This document shows positions 26,874 through 36,349 of a stretch of DNA of 64,000 nucleotides, one piece after another. How positions within the stretch are numbered: the first letter of the stretch is position 1; each line of letters opens with the position of its first letter. Source of the DNA: a virus (taxonomy: Duplodnaviria > Heunggongvirae > Uroviricota > Caudoviricetes); IMG/VR virus record IMGVR_UViG_3300045049_000270; one strand, written 5' to 3'. A program made the translations under genes and the position numbers. The notes below the pieces were generated by a model. The model was not told the origin of the DNA. It searched no databases and worked only from the letters and a program-made list of their open reading frames with translations.

Positions 26874-28067
26874 TTATCTCTCCGTTTTCAATGCGATCTG
26901 CATCAGATCATTTTTTGACAACATGCAATCACTCATGAACCAATTTTGCTTTGCTAGTGTCAATGCTTGGCCAATTTGCCTGCCAGGCTTCATACCTGCA
27001 TTCAACAAATCATCCCCAGTCACCGGGAAGAGCGGAACCGGCCAGCTACGCAATGAACACGCTATATCAAATTCACCCATTGCTTGCATTGCCGTGAGCG
27101 TATATATCAATGGCTGATTGTTGATCAACATTTCATACTTCATAGCTGACAACAGATCAGTATGCCCCGCATTCACAACCTTCGCAACAAACGAAATGAG
27201 TTTTGTATCATCTGTGCTGAGCTTCAACTTCTTCGCATATGATACAGCATCACTAGCACTATAAAAGAGCAATGCAAATACACCGACTGCGCCGGTCGCA
27301 AGTACGTTGGCGGACTTGATTCGCTGCTTTTTGACTGCATCAAAAGCTGGCAAGTCAGCATATTGTAAAATATCTGTATTGTTCATCTGTTCATATATTG
27401 AAGCAGCAGAGGGATGCGCCAATATTTTGCGAACTTCTTGCCACACACGCTCACGAGATACTTTCGCTAAGCCAGACGCATTGTTACGAATTGCATTAAG
27501 CTGCGAATGATCGAAAAACCCACAACCATAGCGACCAGCAAACCTGAAGTATCGTAAAATACGCAGATAATCTTCTCGAATGCGTTGTGCAGGATCACCA
27601 ACAAAGCGAATGTGTTCACTTTTCAAATCTTGTCGTCCACCAAACGGATCATCCAATACTCCATCAAACGTCATTGACATGGCATTAATTGTAAGATCTC
27701 GACGTGCCAAGTCTTCTTGCCATTGACGGGTAAATTTCACAACTGCATGGCGACCATCAGTTTCCATGTCGAAACGCAAGCTTGTGATTTCGTAAGTTTC
27801 GCCCGACATCACTACAGAAATGGTACCGTGATCGATTCCAGTCGGAATGTAGCGGATACCAGCTGCTTCGTATATTGCTATCGCTTCATCAGGAAAGGCA
27901 TCAGTGCAGAGATCGATATCGTCAGGCGTTTGGCCGCAGAGAATATCTCTAACAGCGCCACCCACGATGCGGATATCAAATCCTTTGGCTTGGAATAATG
28001 AACGCAACTTGATCAAGTCGTCGTTCACACAATGATCCAAGATTGCCGTTACTTTGTTTTGGTCCAT
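26874..28067 (-). CDS. cca: CCA tRNA nucleotidyltransferase (class II)
   Basis: VGGAVRD, DIDLCT, EITSLR, DLARRDLTINAM, RIREDYLRILRYFRF, SRERVWQE. Confidence 0.92.
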   Translation of the reverse strand: MDQNKVTAILDHCVNDDLIKLRSLFQAKGFDIRIVGGAVRDILCGQTPDDIDLCTDAFPDEAIAIYEAAGIRYIPTGIDHGTISVVMSGETYEITSLRFDMETDGRHAVVKFTRQWQEDLARRDLTINAMSMTFDGVLDDPFGGRQDLKSEHIRFVGDPAQRIREDYLRILRYFRFAGRYGCGFFDHSQLNAIRNNASGLAKVSRERVWQEVRKILAHPSAASIYEQMNNTDILQYADLPAFDAVKKQRIKSANVLATGAVGVFALLFYSASDAVSYAKKLKLSTDDTKLISFVAKVVNAGHTDLLSAMKYEMLINNQPLIYTLTAMQAMGEFDIACSLRSWPVPLFPVTGDDLLNAGMKPGRQIGQALTLAKQNWFMSDCMLSKNDLMQIALKTER

Positions 28068-28141
28068 GTTTCCTCTCAAATATTGACGCTTATTTCAGCC
28101 ATGTGCCACTATACAATAACATTAAGGGAAAGTCAAGCCAT

Positions 28142-29002
28142 ATGAACGAAAAAGAACAACTCAAGAAACAGATGCAAGATGCATTTGCGAAACAGCGACA
28201 ACAAGAAATTGAACAAAAACACTATGAGAAATTAAAGGCAAAAGCAGAACAGGATATGCTGCATTCAATTATGCCATCAATTGGATCAAATGTAAATTGG
28301 CCATCATTACCACCATTTCCATCAGGAGGAATAGGCCAAAACCCTTATAATGGTAATGGTGGCATTTGTGGTAGTCCAGTACTATATCCTAACCAAACTA
28401 CCGCCTATCCGTCTCTGACGCCAGCTGCGTTAACGCCAAATTATAAATGGGGTATTGAAATGATCTGGCCCAAGCATTTGTTTGCCAAACCAGGCACGGT
28501 AGTCCCAGTGTTAGAAAATGATTCAACATATCCATTTATGTTTCATATCAGTGTATGGATAGAATGTTGTAAACCAGATTCGAACGATTATGGTATTGTG
28601 TGGGAGCCCATCGTTTATGATTTGAATTCACTGCAATCACAAACAAAGCAATACCGTGGATGCTTGCTTATAAAAGAAGGTAAAACGCTTGATCGCTTTA
28701 ATGACTGGTGGCCTAGCTATCAGAATCGTTTCGGTGGTGATACTTGGCGGAAGCAATCATTGCCAACAATTATTGAAGGCGATCAGATTAATGGTTATCC
28801 GATCAAACATGGTTTTAAAGGTAGTTCGTTACTACCTTTATTAGTTCCTGACGATCTGTATGCAAAGTGGCTGTGGATTGTGCAGAATGTTCAGGAAAAA
28901 GTTTGGTGTGTTGACGAATATTGGATCTTTGCTGATAAGGGCGAACTAATCATGTATAAGTTGACTGAAGATATTCATGTAGAAAAAGAAGAAAAGAAAT
29001 GA
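28142..29002 (+). CDS. Paralog family B member 1 (ends in DA-x-x-FKL-like motif)
   Basis: MFHISVW...WLWIVQN...WIFADKGELIMYKL. Confidence 0.75.
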   Translation: MNEKEQLKKQMQDAFAKQRQQEIEQKHYEKLKAKAEQDMLHSIMPSIGSNVNWPSLPPFPSGGIGQNPYNGNGGICGSPVLYPNQTTAYPSLTPAALTPNYKWGIEMIWPKHLFAKPGTVVPVLENDSTYPFMFHISVWIECCKPDSNDYGIVWEPIVYDLNSLQSQTKQYRGCLLIKEGKTLDRFNDWWPSYQNRFGGDTWRKQSLPTIIEGDQINGYPIKHGFKGSSLLPLLVPDDLYAKWLWIVQNVQEKVWCVDEYWIFADKGELIMYKLTEDIHVEKEEKK

Positions 29003-29700
29003 ATACTGTGTTTGAACATTTTAAGTACATGTTGTCGTCAATCTTTTATTGGGTTGGAAGTAAATTCGATACTGAAGAATATTACGAAGAAACTGAAGAG
29101 GTGGTGGTTGATGAAGAAGAACCAGATGATCAAAAGATGCTATCGCTTGAACAAAGACTAGCTGGTGATAGAAATTATCGACCTTGGACTCGTATTTCAA
29201 ATTTCAACCCTGATGTTTTTGAACAACCAGATATTGGATTCATTTATGAAAAACAAGCTCGGCAGTTGATGTTTCATGTATACTTGTGGCTAAACCAAAA
29301 TGGAGCTCAACAAAATTCATTTGCGTTCAAGCTTGATCAAATGGTTGATGCTCAAACATGGACTCCTACTATCTGTGGATTCTTTTTCGGTGCCAACACA
29401 GCTTTAAATGAATTCAAAGTATGGCGTGCAGCTTACCTAAAGCAGTTTCCAACAGATGGCAAAAACCTGTTGCCATTGTTGCCTGATTCTTGTAGATTTA
29501 CAGGTACAGCTATACGCCATAGCGGTGTCTATTACAATGAAACTTATAACGACATCGAATTGAGTCCATCTGACCTAGAGATCTGGTCGTGGATCATCGC
29601 CAATTGCAAAGGACGAGTTTGGGTTACAAACAACTCTTTCATCTTTGAAGATGATGGAGATGCGGTGCTTTACAAGCTTTCACCAATATCAGAAAAATGA
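28999..29700 (+). CDS. Paralog family B member 2
   Basis: MFHVYLW...WSWIIANC...FIFEDDGDAVLYKL. Confidence 0.75.
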   Translation: MNTVFEHFKYMLSSIFYWVGSKFDTEEYYEETEEVVVDEEEPDDQKMLSLEQRLAGDRNYRPWTRISNFNPDVFEQPDIGFIYEKQARQLMFHVYLWLNQNGAQQNSFAFKLDQMVDAQTWTPTICGFFFGANTALNEFKVWRAAYLKQFPTDGKNLLPLLPDSCRFTGTAIRHSGVYYNETYNDIELSPSDLEIWSWIIANCKGRVWVTNNSFIFEDDGDAVLYKLSPISEK

Positions 29701-30413
29701 AAAAGAAACAACCAGAAATTATTCGTCGAAATGTATTCAAACGCGCCTATGACAATTTCAATAATTGGTTCTTCGGCGTTGAAGAACATCGATACGCTAA
29801 CAAATGTGAAGATAACGATCCGGAATGTAGTCAGATAGATTCTGAGGAAAATCATCGTTCTGCCTCAGTCACACCATATGCGGTCTATGGTAGAGAACCA
29901 GATTGGACGGATCGATTTACCGTTGCGCCAGCACCAATTAGAACAGGTGAAAAACTGGTTGCAGTAATGCAACTTGACATGCGCGCTATGTATTTCCATG
30001 TAGCAACATGGCTTGAGTTGGTAAAACCATCCTTCGTTTGGCATTTATCTGCTACTCGTCATGAAGATCATAATGATGATTCGTGGTACAGTGGCGTTTT
30101 GTTGGTTGCCGAAGAACATTTCGAAGAAACTAATGACTGGTTTCAATCATATATTGAGCGTATCGGATCGATCGATAAAATTCAACCCCTTCCAAAATTG
30201 GAAGGGGGTATGACGTTTTCTGGTGTGACCGTCAATATGACTGACGCATTAGCTACTCGTCGAGAAATCCTCATGCCACGTGATGACATATTCGAAGAAT
30301 GGTGTTGGATCATCGAGCATTGTGGTGGCAAGATTTATTGTACATCTGATTGTTGGGTTTTCGAAAACAATACTGATGCAGTGATGTTTACACTTGCGAA
30401 GCCCCGAGTGTAA
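29697..30413 (+). CDS. Paralog family B member 3
   Basis: YFHVATW...WCWIIEHC...WVFENNTDAVMFTL. Confidence 0.75.
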   Translation: MKKKQPEIIRRNVFKRAYDNFNNWFFGVEEHRYANKCEDNDPECSQIDSEENHRSASVTPYAVYGREPDWTDRFTVAPAPIRTGEKLVAVMQLDMRAMYFHVATWLELVKPSFVWHLSATRHEDHNDDSWYSGVLLVAEEHFEETNDWFQSYIERIGSIDKIQPLPKLEGGMTFSGVTVNMTDALATRREILMPRDDIFEEWCWIIEHCGGKIYCTSDCWVFENNTDAVMFTLAKPRV

Positions 30414-30440
30414 ACTGTGATTGGCAACTAATAACAAGAC

Positions 30441-30683
30441 ATGACAAAAGAATATCTAAAGATTGCCAGAGAGAACGGCAAGAACATGAAGGTTGATACG
30501 ACTGAGGCTGAGCTTATTTTCACGAATGACGGAGTGAAGGAAGCATGGCTTGAGATCCAACGTATCAAACAAATGATTGCAGAAGAACAAGTCAAAGCCG
30601 CTGCTGAAGTGGCTGCTCGTCATCAGACAGAGCTTGATGAAGCAGTAACTAATTATGCTCTGCTGGTTTCACTTTGCCGATAA
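30441..30683 (+). CDS. Small coiled-coil protein, paralog of 20955..21203
   Basis: EAELI...VKEAW..IQRIK..IA...EL..A..NYALL. Confidence 0.75.
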   Translation: MTKEYLKIARENGKNMKVDTTEAELIFTNDGVKEAWLEIQRIKQMIAEEQVKAAAEVAARHQTELDEAVTNYALLVSLCR

Positions 30684-30716
30684 ACGGCAAAGTCATGATG
30701 AATAACAATAAGAACA

Positions 30717-31973
30717 ATGTCATCACTAACTATCAAACTCTTTGACAAGGCTTATGTGGGTTTTGTCAATCGCCACACCGAAAGTGGTGCCCCTTTGGGC
30801 TTCCTCACACCTTACGGTACTGATTCTGCCGCTCAGAAACGAATGGCCACAATTGATTCGTGGGTTACTCGTAACAAAAGTTCACTGAAAGCAGTAGTTA
30901 TTGACAATACACCAGTCTCAGGTTTTCGTATAGCTGATGCTGCTAGACGTGGTGGCTGGAGAAGCACAAAACAGACAATGATTCGCATTGAAGATCCTCG
31001 TGGTTTTGAATTAGAAATCTCAGTTGAGAATATGGTTCGAATCATGAGTGAAAACACAGTCATTAATGGCGAAATCATGGTTCCATGTATGTGGGGGCGT
31101 GATGGTACTGAAAATGTTCTATTGCCAACTACAAGTGAACCATATCAAGATGCGATAAAGAACACAGAACGCGAAAAACAATCAGTGAACTTGCGAAGTG
31201 TAAAGCCTGGCTATCGCGTTGAATTAAAAGACGGTCGAATTGGTACTTATTATGGTTCATTCCACGTTTTGAATCTAACGCATCACGGTAGATATGAGGA
31301 CGATGGTATCAATTCAAGGTTTTTCCGTAGAAATGAAAAATATAGTGAATCATATCATTTCGTGATTGATGCTAAGAAAACATATGTGGTTAATATCGAA
31401 CCTCATGGTACTTCGAAAAATTCGTACATTGAAAAATCGCGCACTTTAAAAGTGGCGCGGATTCTAGAATCGAATGAATTGACAACAGCCGAGGCCGAGA
31501 AAAAAATTAATGAACACTTACTCAATAAGTCTCGAGGCTTTTATTACGACAGTGCGATGTTAGCAGGTACAGAATATGATTTGAGAATCGTTTTAAAACC
31601 TCATTCAATTAGCGAAATTCAGGAAACGGTTAAGAAAAATCAGTATAGCCACAGGGATCGTTATGTTGTACAAATGCCAGATGGCCAACATGCATTGATT
31701 TCGCCATATGCTGTTAAAGATCTGGGCACCTGTAATCGTCAAAACGGGTTCGGCTATGTACGTGATGCTAATGATTTGAACATATATGCTCAGAAAGTTG
31801 ACCTAGTTACGTTCTTAACGGGGTCATTTACACTTCGAAGAAGCAACTTTAGTGATTTCGAAAAAGATGATCAAATTGTTAAGGCACTCGAACAAGACTT
31901 ATTGGGTGTATTCAAACCTATGGTTGAGATCACCAGTAAGAAAACTGGTGAAGTAATTAAAACCCAGCTTTAA
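30717..31973 (+). CDS. Phage protein with RIEDPRGFELEI motif
   Basis: YVGF, PLGFLTPY, RIEDPRGFELEI, CMWGRDG, LLPTTSEPY, EITSKKTG. Confidence 0.8.
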   Translation: MSSLTIKLFDKAYVGFVNRHTESGAPLGFLTPYGTDSAAQKRMATIDSWVTRNKSSLKAVVIDNTPVSGFRIADAARRGGWRSTKQTMIRIEDPRGFELEISVENMVRIMSENTVINGEIMVPCMWGRDGTENVLLPTTSEPYQDAIKNTEREKQSVNLRSVKPGYRVELKDGRIGTYYGSFHVLNLTHHGRYEDDGINSRFFRRNEKYSESYHFVIDAKKTYVVNIEPHGTSKNSYIEKSRTLKVARILESNELTTAEAEKKINEHLLNKSRGFYYDSAMLAGTEYDLRIVLKPHSISEIQETVKKNQYSHRDRYVVQMPDGQHALISPYAVKDLGTCNRQNGFGYVRDANDLNIYAQKVDLVTFLTGSFTLRRSNFSDFEKDDQIVKALEQDLLGVFKPMVEITSKKTGEVIKTQL

Positions 31974-32014
31974 GACAAACCGTTTCATCTGTAAATAGGT
32001 GAAACGGAGTATCT

Positions 32015-32590
32015 ATGAAAACCATCCTTTATATTCATGGTGCCTTTTCAACACCATTGACGTTCACTCACATCAAGAATAACTTGCCAGACCATGAGGC
32101 TGAGTTTTTAACATACGATGTTAGTGACACATTGCAATTTGTCATTGATAAAGAAGTTGAACGTCTTAAGAAACGCCGAGAACATGTAAGTATTATCGCG
32201 CACAGTTTGGGAGGAGTGCTTGGTTCTCTCATAGCTCAGAAAACAAAATTGGTTGATCGTGTTGTGACAATGAGTACCCCTTTTGGTGGCAATAAAGCAG
32301 CTGACTTGATTAAGTGGTTTAATCCACATCCGATGTTTGAAACTATCAGCACAACTGGTCCATTGACTAGTTCACTGCGTATGTCAGATATGGCATGTCC
32401 TACTTTGAGTTTAGTCACTACAAAGGGCAACAATCCAATGTTTAGTGAAGCAAATGACAGCGCGGTAACCATCAAGAGTCAAATTGCTTGGGATGGTCCG
32501 GAATATATTGAGTTACCATATAACCATTTTGAAGTATTGTTTGCTGATCAACCAATAAAACTAATAAAGGAATTTCTATTTGATGTTTAA
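32015..32590 (+). CDS. Alpha/beta hydrolase (esterase/lipase-like)
   Basis: YIHGAFS, AHSLGG nucleophile elbow, STPFGG, NDSAV, NHFEV (Ser-Asp-His). Confidence 0.88.
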   Translation: MKTILYIHGAFSTPLTFTHIKNNLPDHEAEFLTYDVSDTLQFVIDKEVERLKKRREHVSIIAHSLGGVLGSLIAQKTKLVDRVVTMSTPFGGNKAADLIKWFNPHPMFETISTTGPLTSSLRMSDMACPTLSLVTTKGNNPMFSEANDSAVTIKSQIAWDGPEYIELPYNHFEVLFADQPIKLIKEFLFDV

Positions 32591-33074
32591 TGATGTCATT
32601 ATGATGATCGGTCCTGCTGGGTCAGGAAAGAGCACATGGATCAAGAATTTTCTTGCATCAACCGATCGTGAATATGTGGTAATGAGCACTGATGATATCT
32701 TTGTTGAATGGGGTCAAGCTCTTGGGCTCAATTACAGCGAAGCGTTCAACCACTTCAAATACTCGGAAATCGAGAATGAATTTGATATACGTTTGGCTAG
32801 TGCTATTGCTAATCGCAAGAACATTATCTGGGATCAAACCAACTTGACCATCAAGTCTCGAGCAAAGAAGTTGAAGCGTTTCCCTTCACATTATCGTAAG
32901 CGTGCAGTTGTCTTCAACCTACCAGAAGAAATCGTGAAAGAACGTCTCAATAATCCTGATCGTTTGGCTGCGGGAAAAATCATTCCAACATATGTGACAG
33001 CTAACATGTTCAAGTCTTTTGAAGCACCAGATATTGGTGAATTCGATGAGGTGATCGAAACCATCACATCATGA
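32583..33074 (+). CDS. P-loop kinase, polynucleotide-kinase-like (AAA_33)
   Basis: GPAGSGKSTW, STDD, IIWDQTNL. Confidence 0.82.
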   Translation: MFNDVIMMIGPAGSGKSTWIKNFLASTDREYVVMSTDDIFVEWGQALGLNYSEAFNHFKYSEIENEFDIRLASAIANRKNIIWDQTNLTIKSRAKKLKRFPSHYRKRAVVFNLPEEIVKERLNNPDRLAAGKIIPTYVTANMFKSFEAPDIGEFDEVIETITS

Positions 33075-33120
33075 TATGGTAATAATTTTGTAACATTACA
33101 AAACATTCGTGCTATATTGA

Positions 33121-33270
33121 AGCTTGGTAAGTATATACTTACCAGTTCATAAACGGTATTTCAAGCTCTACCTTTATGAAGGGATGGAGGTCCCCATCTC
33201 ACATAAGCTTGAACTTAGTGAGATTTGGAGCGGCTACATGGCCGCTCCAACTATATCTGGCGGAAATAGT
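33121..33270 (+). ncRNA. Candidate structured non-coding RNA
   Basis: Five back-to-back hairpins in an intergenic gap after an extended -10 (TGCTATATT). Confidence 0.4.
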
Positions 33271-33324
33271 TGCGAAGTTTGGTGCCATTTTGCATAATGC
33301 TTGTGTAACTTTTATGGTACTTCC

Positions 33325-33627
33325 ATGGTTGATAACGATAACGAAGAAGAATTCGAAATGACGTCTGATATTGAAGCTGACATTGAAGAAATGCTGTTCC
33401 GCATGGGTTACACTGAAACTGAGATTGATGCAATCAAGGCTTCAGTAATTGAAGCAATGCAAGACCCAGAATATCAAGCGGCAGCGCAAGCTGCGGGTGC
33501 AACTGGTGATGTATTTCTTTCCATTACACCGGATGGCAAATATAAAGCGCATTCGATCACTGATCCAGCAGTCATTGATGCAATGAACGAGCTGTTTTAT
33601 AGTTATCCTCCTCCAACAGTTCATTAA
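33325..33627 (+). CDS. Acidic hypothetical protein
   Basis: About 100 aa, start uncertain. Confidence 0.6.
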   Translation: MVDNDNEEEFEMTSDIEADIEEMLFRMGYTETEIDAIKASVIEAMQDPEYQAAAQAAGATGDVFLSITPDGKYKAHSITDPAVIDAMNELFYSYPPPTVH

Positions 33628-33628
33628 C

Positions 33629-33874
33629 ATGAGAATTCCATCAGAAGTCAAAACGACGATTAGCCAATTGTGGCCTATTTTCGTGTGTATGGTTTTATTG
33701 CTGCTTATAATTGGTATCGGTGGATGTGGACAGGGGTATCAAACATTGCAAACGTCTCAAGAGACGGCTAGTGCGTTTATTCGTTCATGCGATGCTACCA
33801 CCATTCAGGTCACAATGAGTCAGCAGGACGCAGCTAAGACTATGGCAGTAACATGTAAAGCATCACACGATTAA
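33629..33874 (+). CDS. Small membrane protein
   Basis: TM helix; C-terminal F-x-x-SC...TC motif shared with the next ORF. Confidence 0.6.
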   Translation: MRIPSEVKTTISQLWPIFVCMVLLLLIIGIGGCGQGYQTLQTSQETASAFIRSCDATTIQVTMSQQDAAKTMAVTCKASHD

Positions 33875-33875
33875 C

Positions 33876-34226
33876 ATGACCTTATCATTCTTCATCTACG
33901 CATTAATTGGTTCGTTCGTTTTTTGCCTATTGTTGGCGATTTCTGGATCATATCGCACACCACAACAAATGCTCACGAAATATTGGTGGGAGAAAGTTGT
34001 AGTTTTAACTGCTACTTTATACAGTGCAATCATAATTGTGGCTGCGGCAATATGGCTTTGTGCAACGATGTTGAAGAATGACTTCAAACGAGATTTTGAA
34101 CAACCAGTCCCTCCGAAAGATCCCCAGGCATTCCTAGAGAGCTGCCAAGCGTCTACAGTTCGATATAGTACCCGGAGAGTGAGTAGCACACAGCAGCTTA
34201 CCATAAGCTGTTCTACGCGGAATTAG
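33876..34226 (+). CDS. Membrane protein (2 TM), C-terminus paralogous to the previous ORF
   Basis: AFLESCQASTV...TISC versus AFIRSCDATTI...AVTC. Confidence 0.6.
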   Translation: MTLSFFIYALIGSFVFCLLLAISGSYRTPQQMLTKYWWEKVVVLTATLYSAIIIVAAAIWLCATMLKNDFKRDFEQPVPPKDPQAFLESCQASTVRYSTRRVSSTQQLTISCSTRN

Positions 34227-34289
34227 GCATATGCCAGGGGTCTTTCCTGGCATATCACCATTCATTATGTTCATTTAATAAATAGAAAC

Positions 34290-34514
34290 ATGAACATTAA
34301 TGACTTTGCACCATTCCGCTCCCGTTTAGACGAACTCGGTACAATTGTGCCAGGCGTTAATACCACTTGTGACGTCGATGTTGATGAGACGCCAAAGCAA
34401 GCTAAGAAGTTTGGTAATATAGTCACAATTGGTGGCATCCCTCCGCTCCTACGCACAGATGGCCTAGTTGAAGGCCGAAGATCAATTCTCTCCGAGATAA
34501 TTGGCAAGAAATAA
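34290..34514 (+). CDS. Small late protein
   Basis: GxIVPGVNTTxDV...KQAKKFG motif; ATAAATA upstream. Confidence 0.65.
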   Translation: MNINDFAPFRSRLDELGTIVPGVNTTCDVDVDETPKQAKKFGNIVTIGGIPPLLRTDGLVEGRRSILSEIIGKK

Positions 34515-34571
34515 CTTGCTTTCATCTGCCATATTGTTACAATACATCAAGTGCAGAGATGCACGTCAAAC

Positions 34572-34646
34572 GCGTCCATCGTTCAATGGATAGGACACGG
34601 GTCTTCTAAACCTGTAATGAGGGTTCAATTCCTTCTGGACGCGCCA
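34572..34646 (+). tRNA. tRNA-Arg (anticodon UCU)
   Basis: Acceptor GCGTCCA/TGGACGC, anticodon arm CGGGT-CTTCTAA-ACCTG, T-loop TTCAATT, encoded CCA; upstream TTGCTT...TACAAT promoter. Confidence 0.95.
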
Positions 34647-34666
34647 TAAGCAGTTCTGGAGATGTA

Positions 34667-35086
34667 ATGACGTACCTATCAAAACAAGAGTTGTTCGATA
34701 AAGCTGTTCATCATTTATTTTCCCAAGCAAAAGCTGGCCTACTTAAAGGTGGCGGAGGTGCTTATCGCGGCTATGGTGGAGGTTGTTGTCCAATTGGTGG
34801 TTTAATTGCTAATGAAGATTATTCCACTTCAATGGAAGGTATACCAGTTCGATATATTTGTCGTTCTGACAAAGTAGGTATTCCAGCGTATATGGATGCA
34901 GGTATCAATGCTCTAGAACTCGGCCTTCGTAAGGTGGGTGTAGACATTGATGAACCTGGTATGCCAGACTTCCTCAGCAAGCTTCAAAATGTGCATGACA
35001 TTTTTGGCACTTGGGAATGGAAAGACCGTTTTATTTCGATAGCAAACGAATATGATTTAAATACAGATATTATTAATCTGTTTTGA
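34667..35086 (+). CDS. Hypothetical protein, paralog of next ORF
   Basis: LSKQE..HL..Q, CxIGxLI, LQNVHD. Confidence 0.75.
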   Translation: MTYLSKQELFDKAVHHLFSQAKAGLLKGGGGAYRGYGGGCCPIGGLIANEDYSTSMEGIPVRYICRSDKVGIPAYMDAGINALELGLRKVGVDIDEPGMPDFLSKLQNVHDIFGTWEWKDRFISIANEYDLNTDIINLF

Positions 35087-35094
35087 GGTCATCG

Positions 35095-35487
35095 GTGTTA
35101 TCGAAGCAAGAAGTATATGAACATGTCAGAAACCATTTACTGACTCAAAATTCAAGATCAGTAGATGATAATGACTGTCCGTTGTATCATGCCCCTTGGG
35201 GTCACAAATGTGCAATTGGTTGTTTGATCGCCAATGAGCACTATCAACACAAGATTCAGGGAACGGCGGTGTTTTTGACACGGACCCGTCCCAAAAATCC
35301 ATTCGAGCGCAGCGCAGATCATATTCTGGCCGATGCGCTTTTTAAATCTGGTGTAGATGTTGATGATGAAGAAATGCTCGATCTTTTGATTGAATTGCAG
35401 GATCTTCATGATGTGATTCCAATTGACCGATGGAACAGTGAATTGGACGCAATAGCTTTGAACCATGGCTTAGCATTACCGCTCTAG
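35095..35487 (+). CDS. Hypothetical protein, paralog of previous ORF
   Basis: LSKQE..HL..Q, CAIGCLI, LQDLHD; GTG start after GAGGT. Confidence 0.7.
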   Translation: MLSKQEVYEHVRNHLLTQNSRSVDDNDCPLYHAPWGHKCAIGCLIANEHYQHKIQGTAVFLTRTRPKNPFERSADHILADALFKSGVDVDDEEMLDLLIELQDLHDVIPIDRWNSELDAIALNHGLALPL

Positions 35488-35572
35488 TCCAAATGCTGAC
35501 GATATAAGGAATACCTATCGAGTGAATTTTACTTAAAGAGCGATTTTACTCATCAGGTAAACCAATAAATAT

Positions 35573-36289
35573 ATGTATCGGGTCTGCCATCACTTTGGTG
35601 TCAGACCCGATATCTTTTTCGGAAGAGAGGTGAGAGCATTGAAGAAATTTAAATATTTCCTTTCAATGTTGTCGTTCTTGGCCGTTGCTATCATTTGTAA
35701 GCCATGTTTTGCAGATGATATGGAAAATGTGGCGCCGTTTTCATACGAACCGGTGGCACAAGAGACGTTGCAACCACAAGCGTCACTGACTCCGCAGCAG
35801 CAAGTCGATAACATTCGGGAAACCCTGACTTTAGATGAATCGTATGTGTTGAATCTAAAGGAAACCGATCCAACAATGTATTGTCTGGCACAAAACGCAT
35901 TCTTTGAAGCACGTGCTGAAAATTTGCTTAATAAAGTGGCAGTAACAGAAGTAGTAAAAAATCGTTTGGATAGTGGCAAATATGCTGGTACGCTTTGCGC
36001 GATTGTTCGCCAAAAGACATCTGGTATTTGTCAATTCAGCTGGGTTTGCCAACATTTGGGTAACATTCCATTGCACAATAGCGATGGCACATTGCGTGAA
36101 GAAATTTACAAGCAATGGTATGATAGCGTAGTCGCTGCATACATCGTAGTCAATAATATGCTTACGAAGCCATTAGTGCCAGGTGCAACGAATTTCTACG
36201 CGCAACGGGCAGTTCATCCAGCCTGGGCAAGTAGCTTTAAACGTATTGCAGTCATAGGTGGTCACACATACATGAAACCTCGGGAGTAA
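35573..36289 (+). CDS. Cell wall hydrolase, SleB/Hydrolase_2 family
   Basis: CLAQNAFFEARAE, AVTEVVKNR, CQFSW, GATNFY, PAWA, IGGHTY; start uncertain. Confidence 0.88.
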   Translation: MYRVCHHFGVRPDIFFGREVRALKKFKYFLSMLSFLAVAIICKPCFADDMENVAPFSYEPVAQETLQPQASLTPQQQVDNIRETLTLDESYVLNLKETDPTMYCLAQNAFFEARAENLLNKVAVTEVVKNRLDSGKYAGTLCAIVRQKTSGICQFSWVCQHLGNIPLHNSDGTLREEIYKQWYDSVVAAYIVVNNMLTKPLVPGATNFYAQRAVHPAWASSFKRIAVIGGHTYMKPRE

Positions 36290-36349
36290 TACTCCCCAAG
36301 TAGTATTGAAAGCCCGCATAAATACTTGCGGGCTTTCACCATTTCAACT

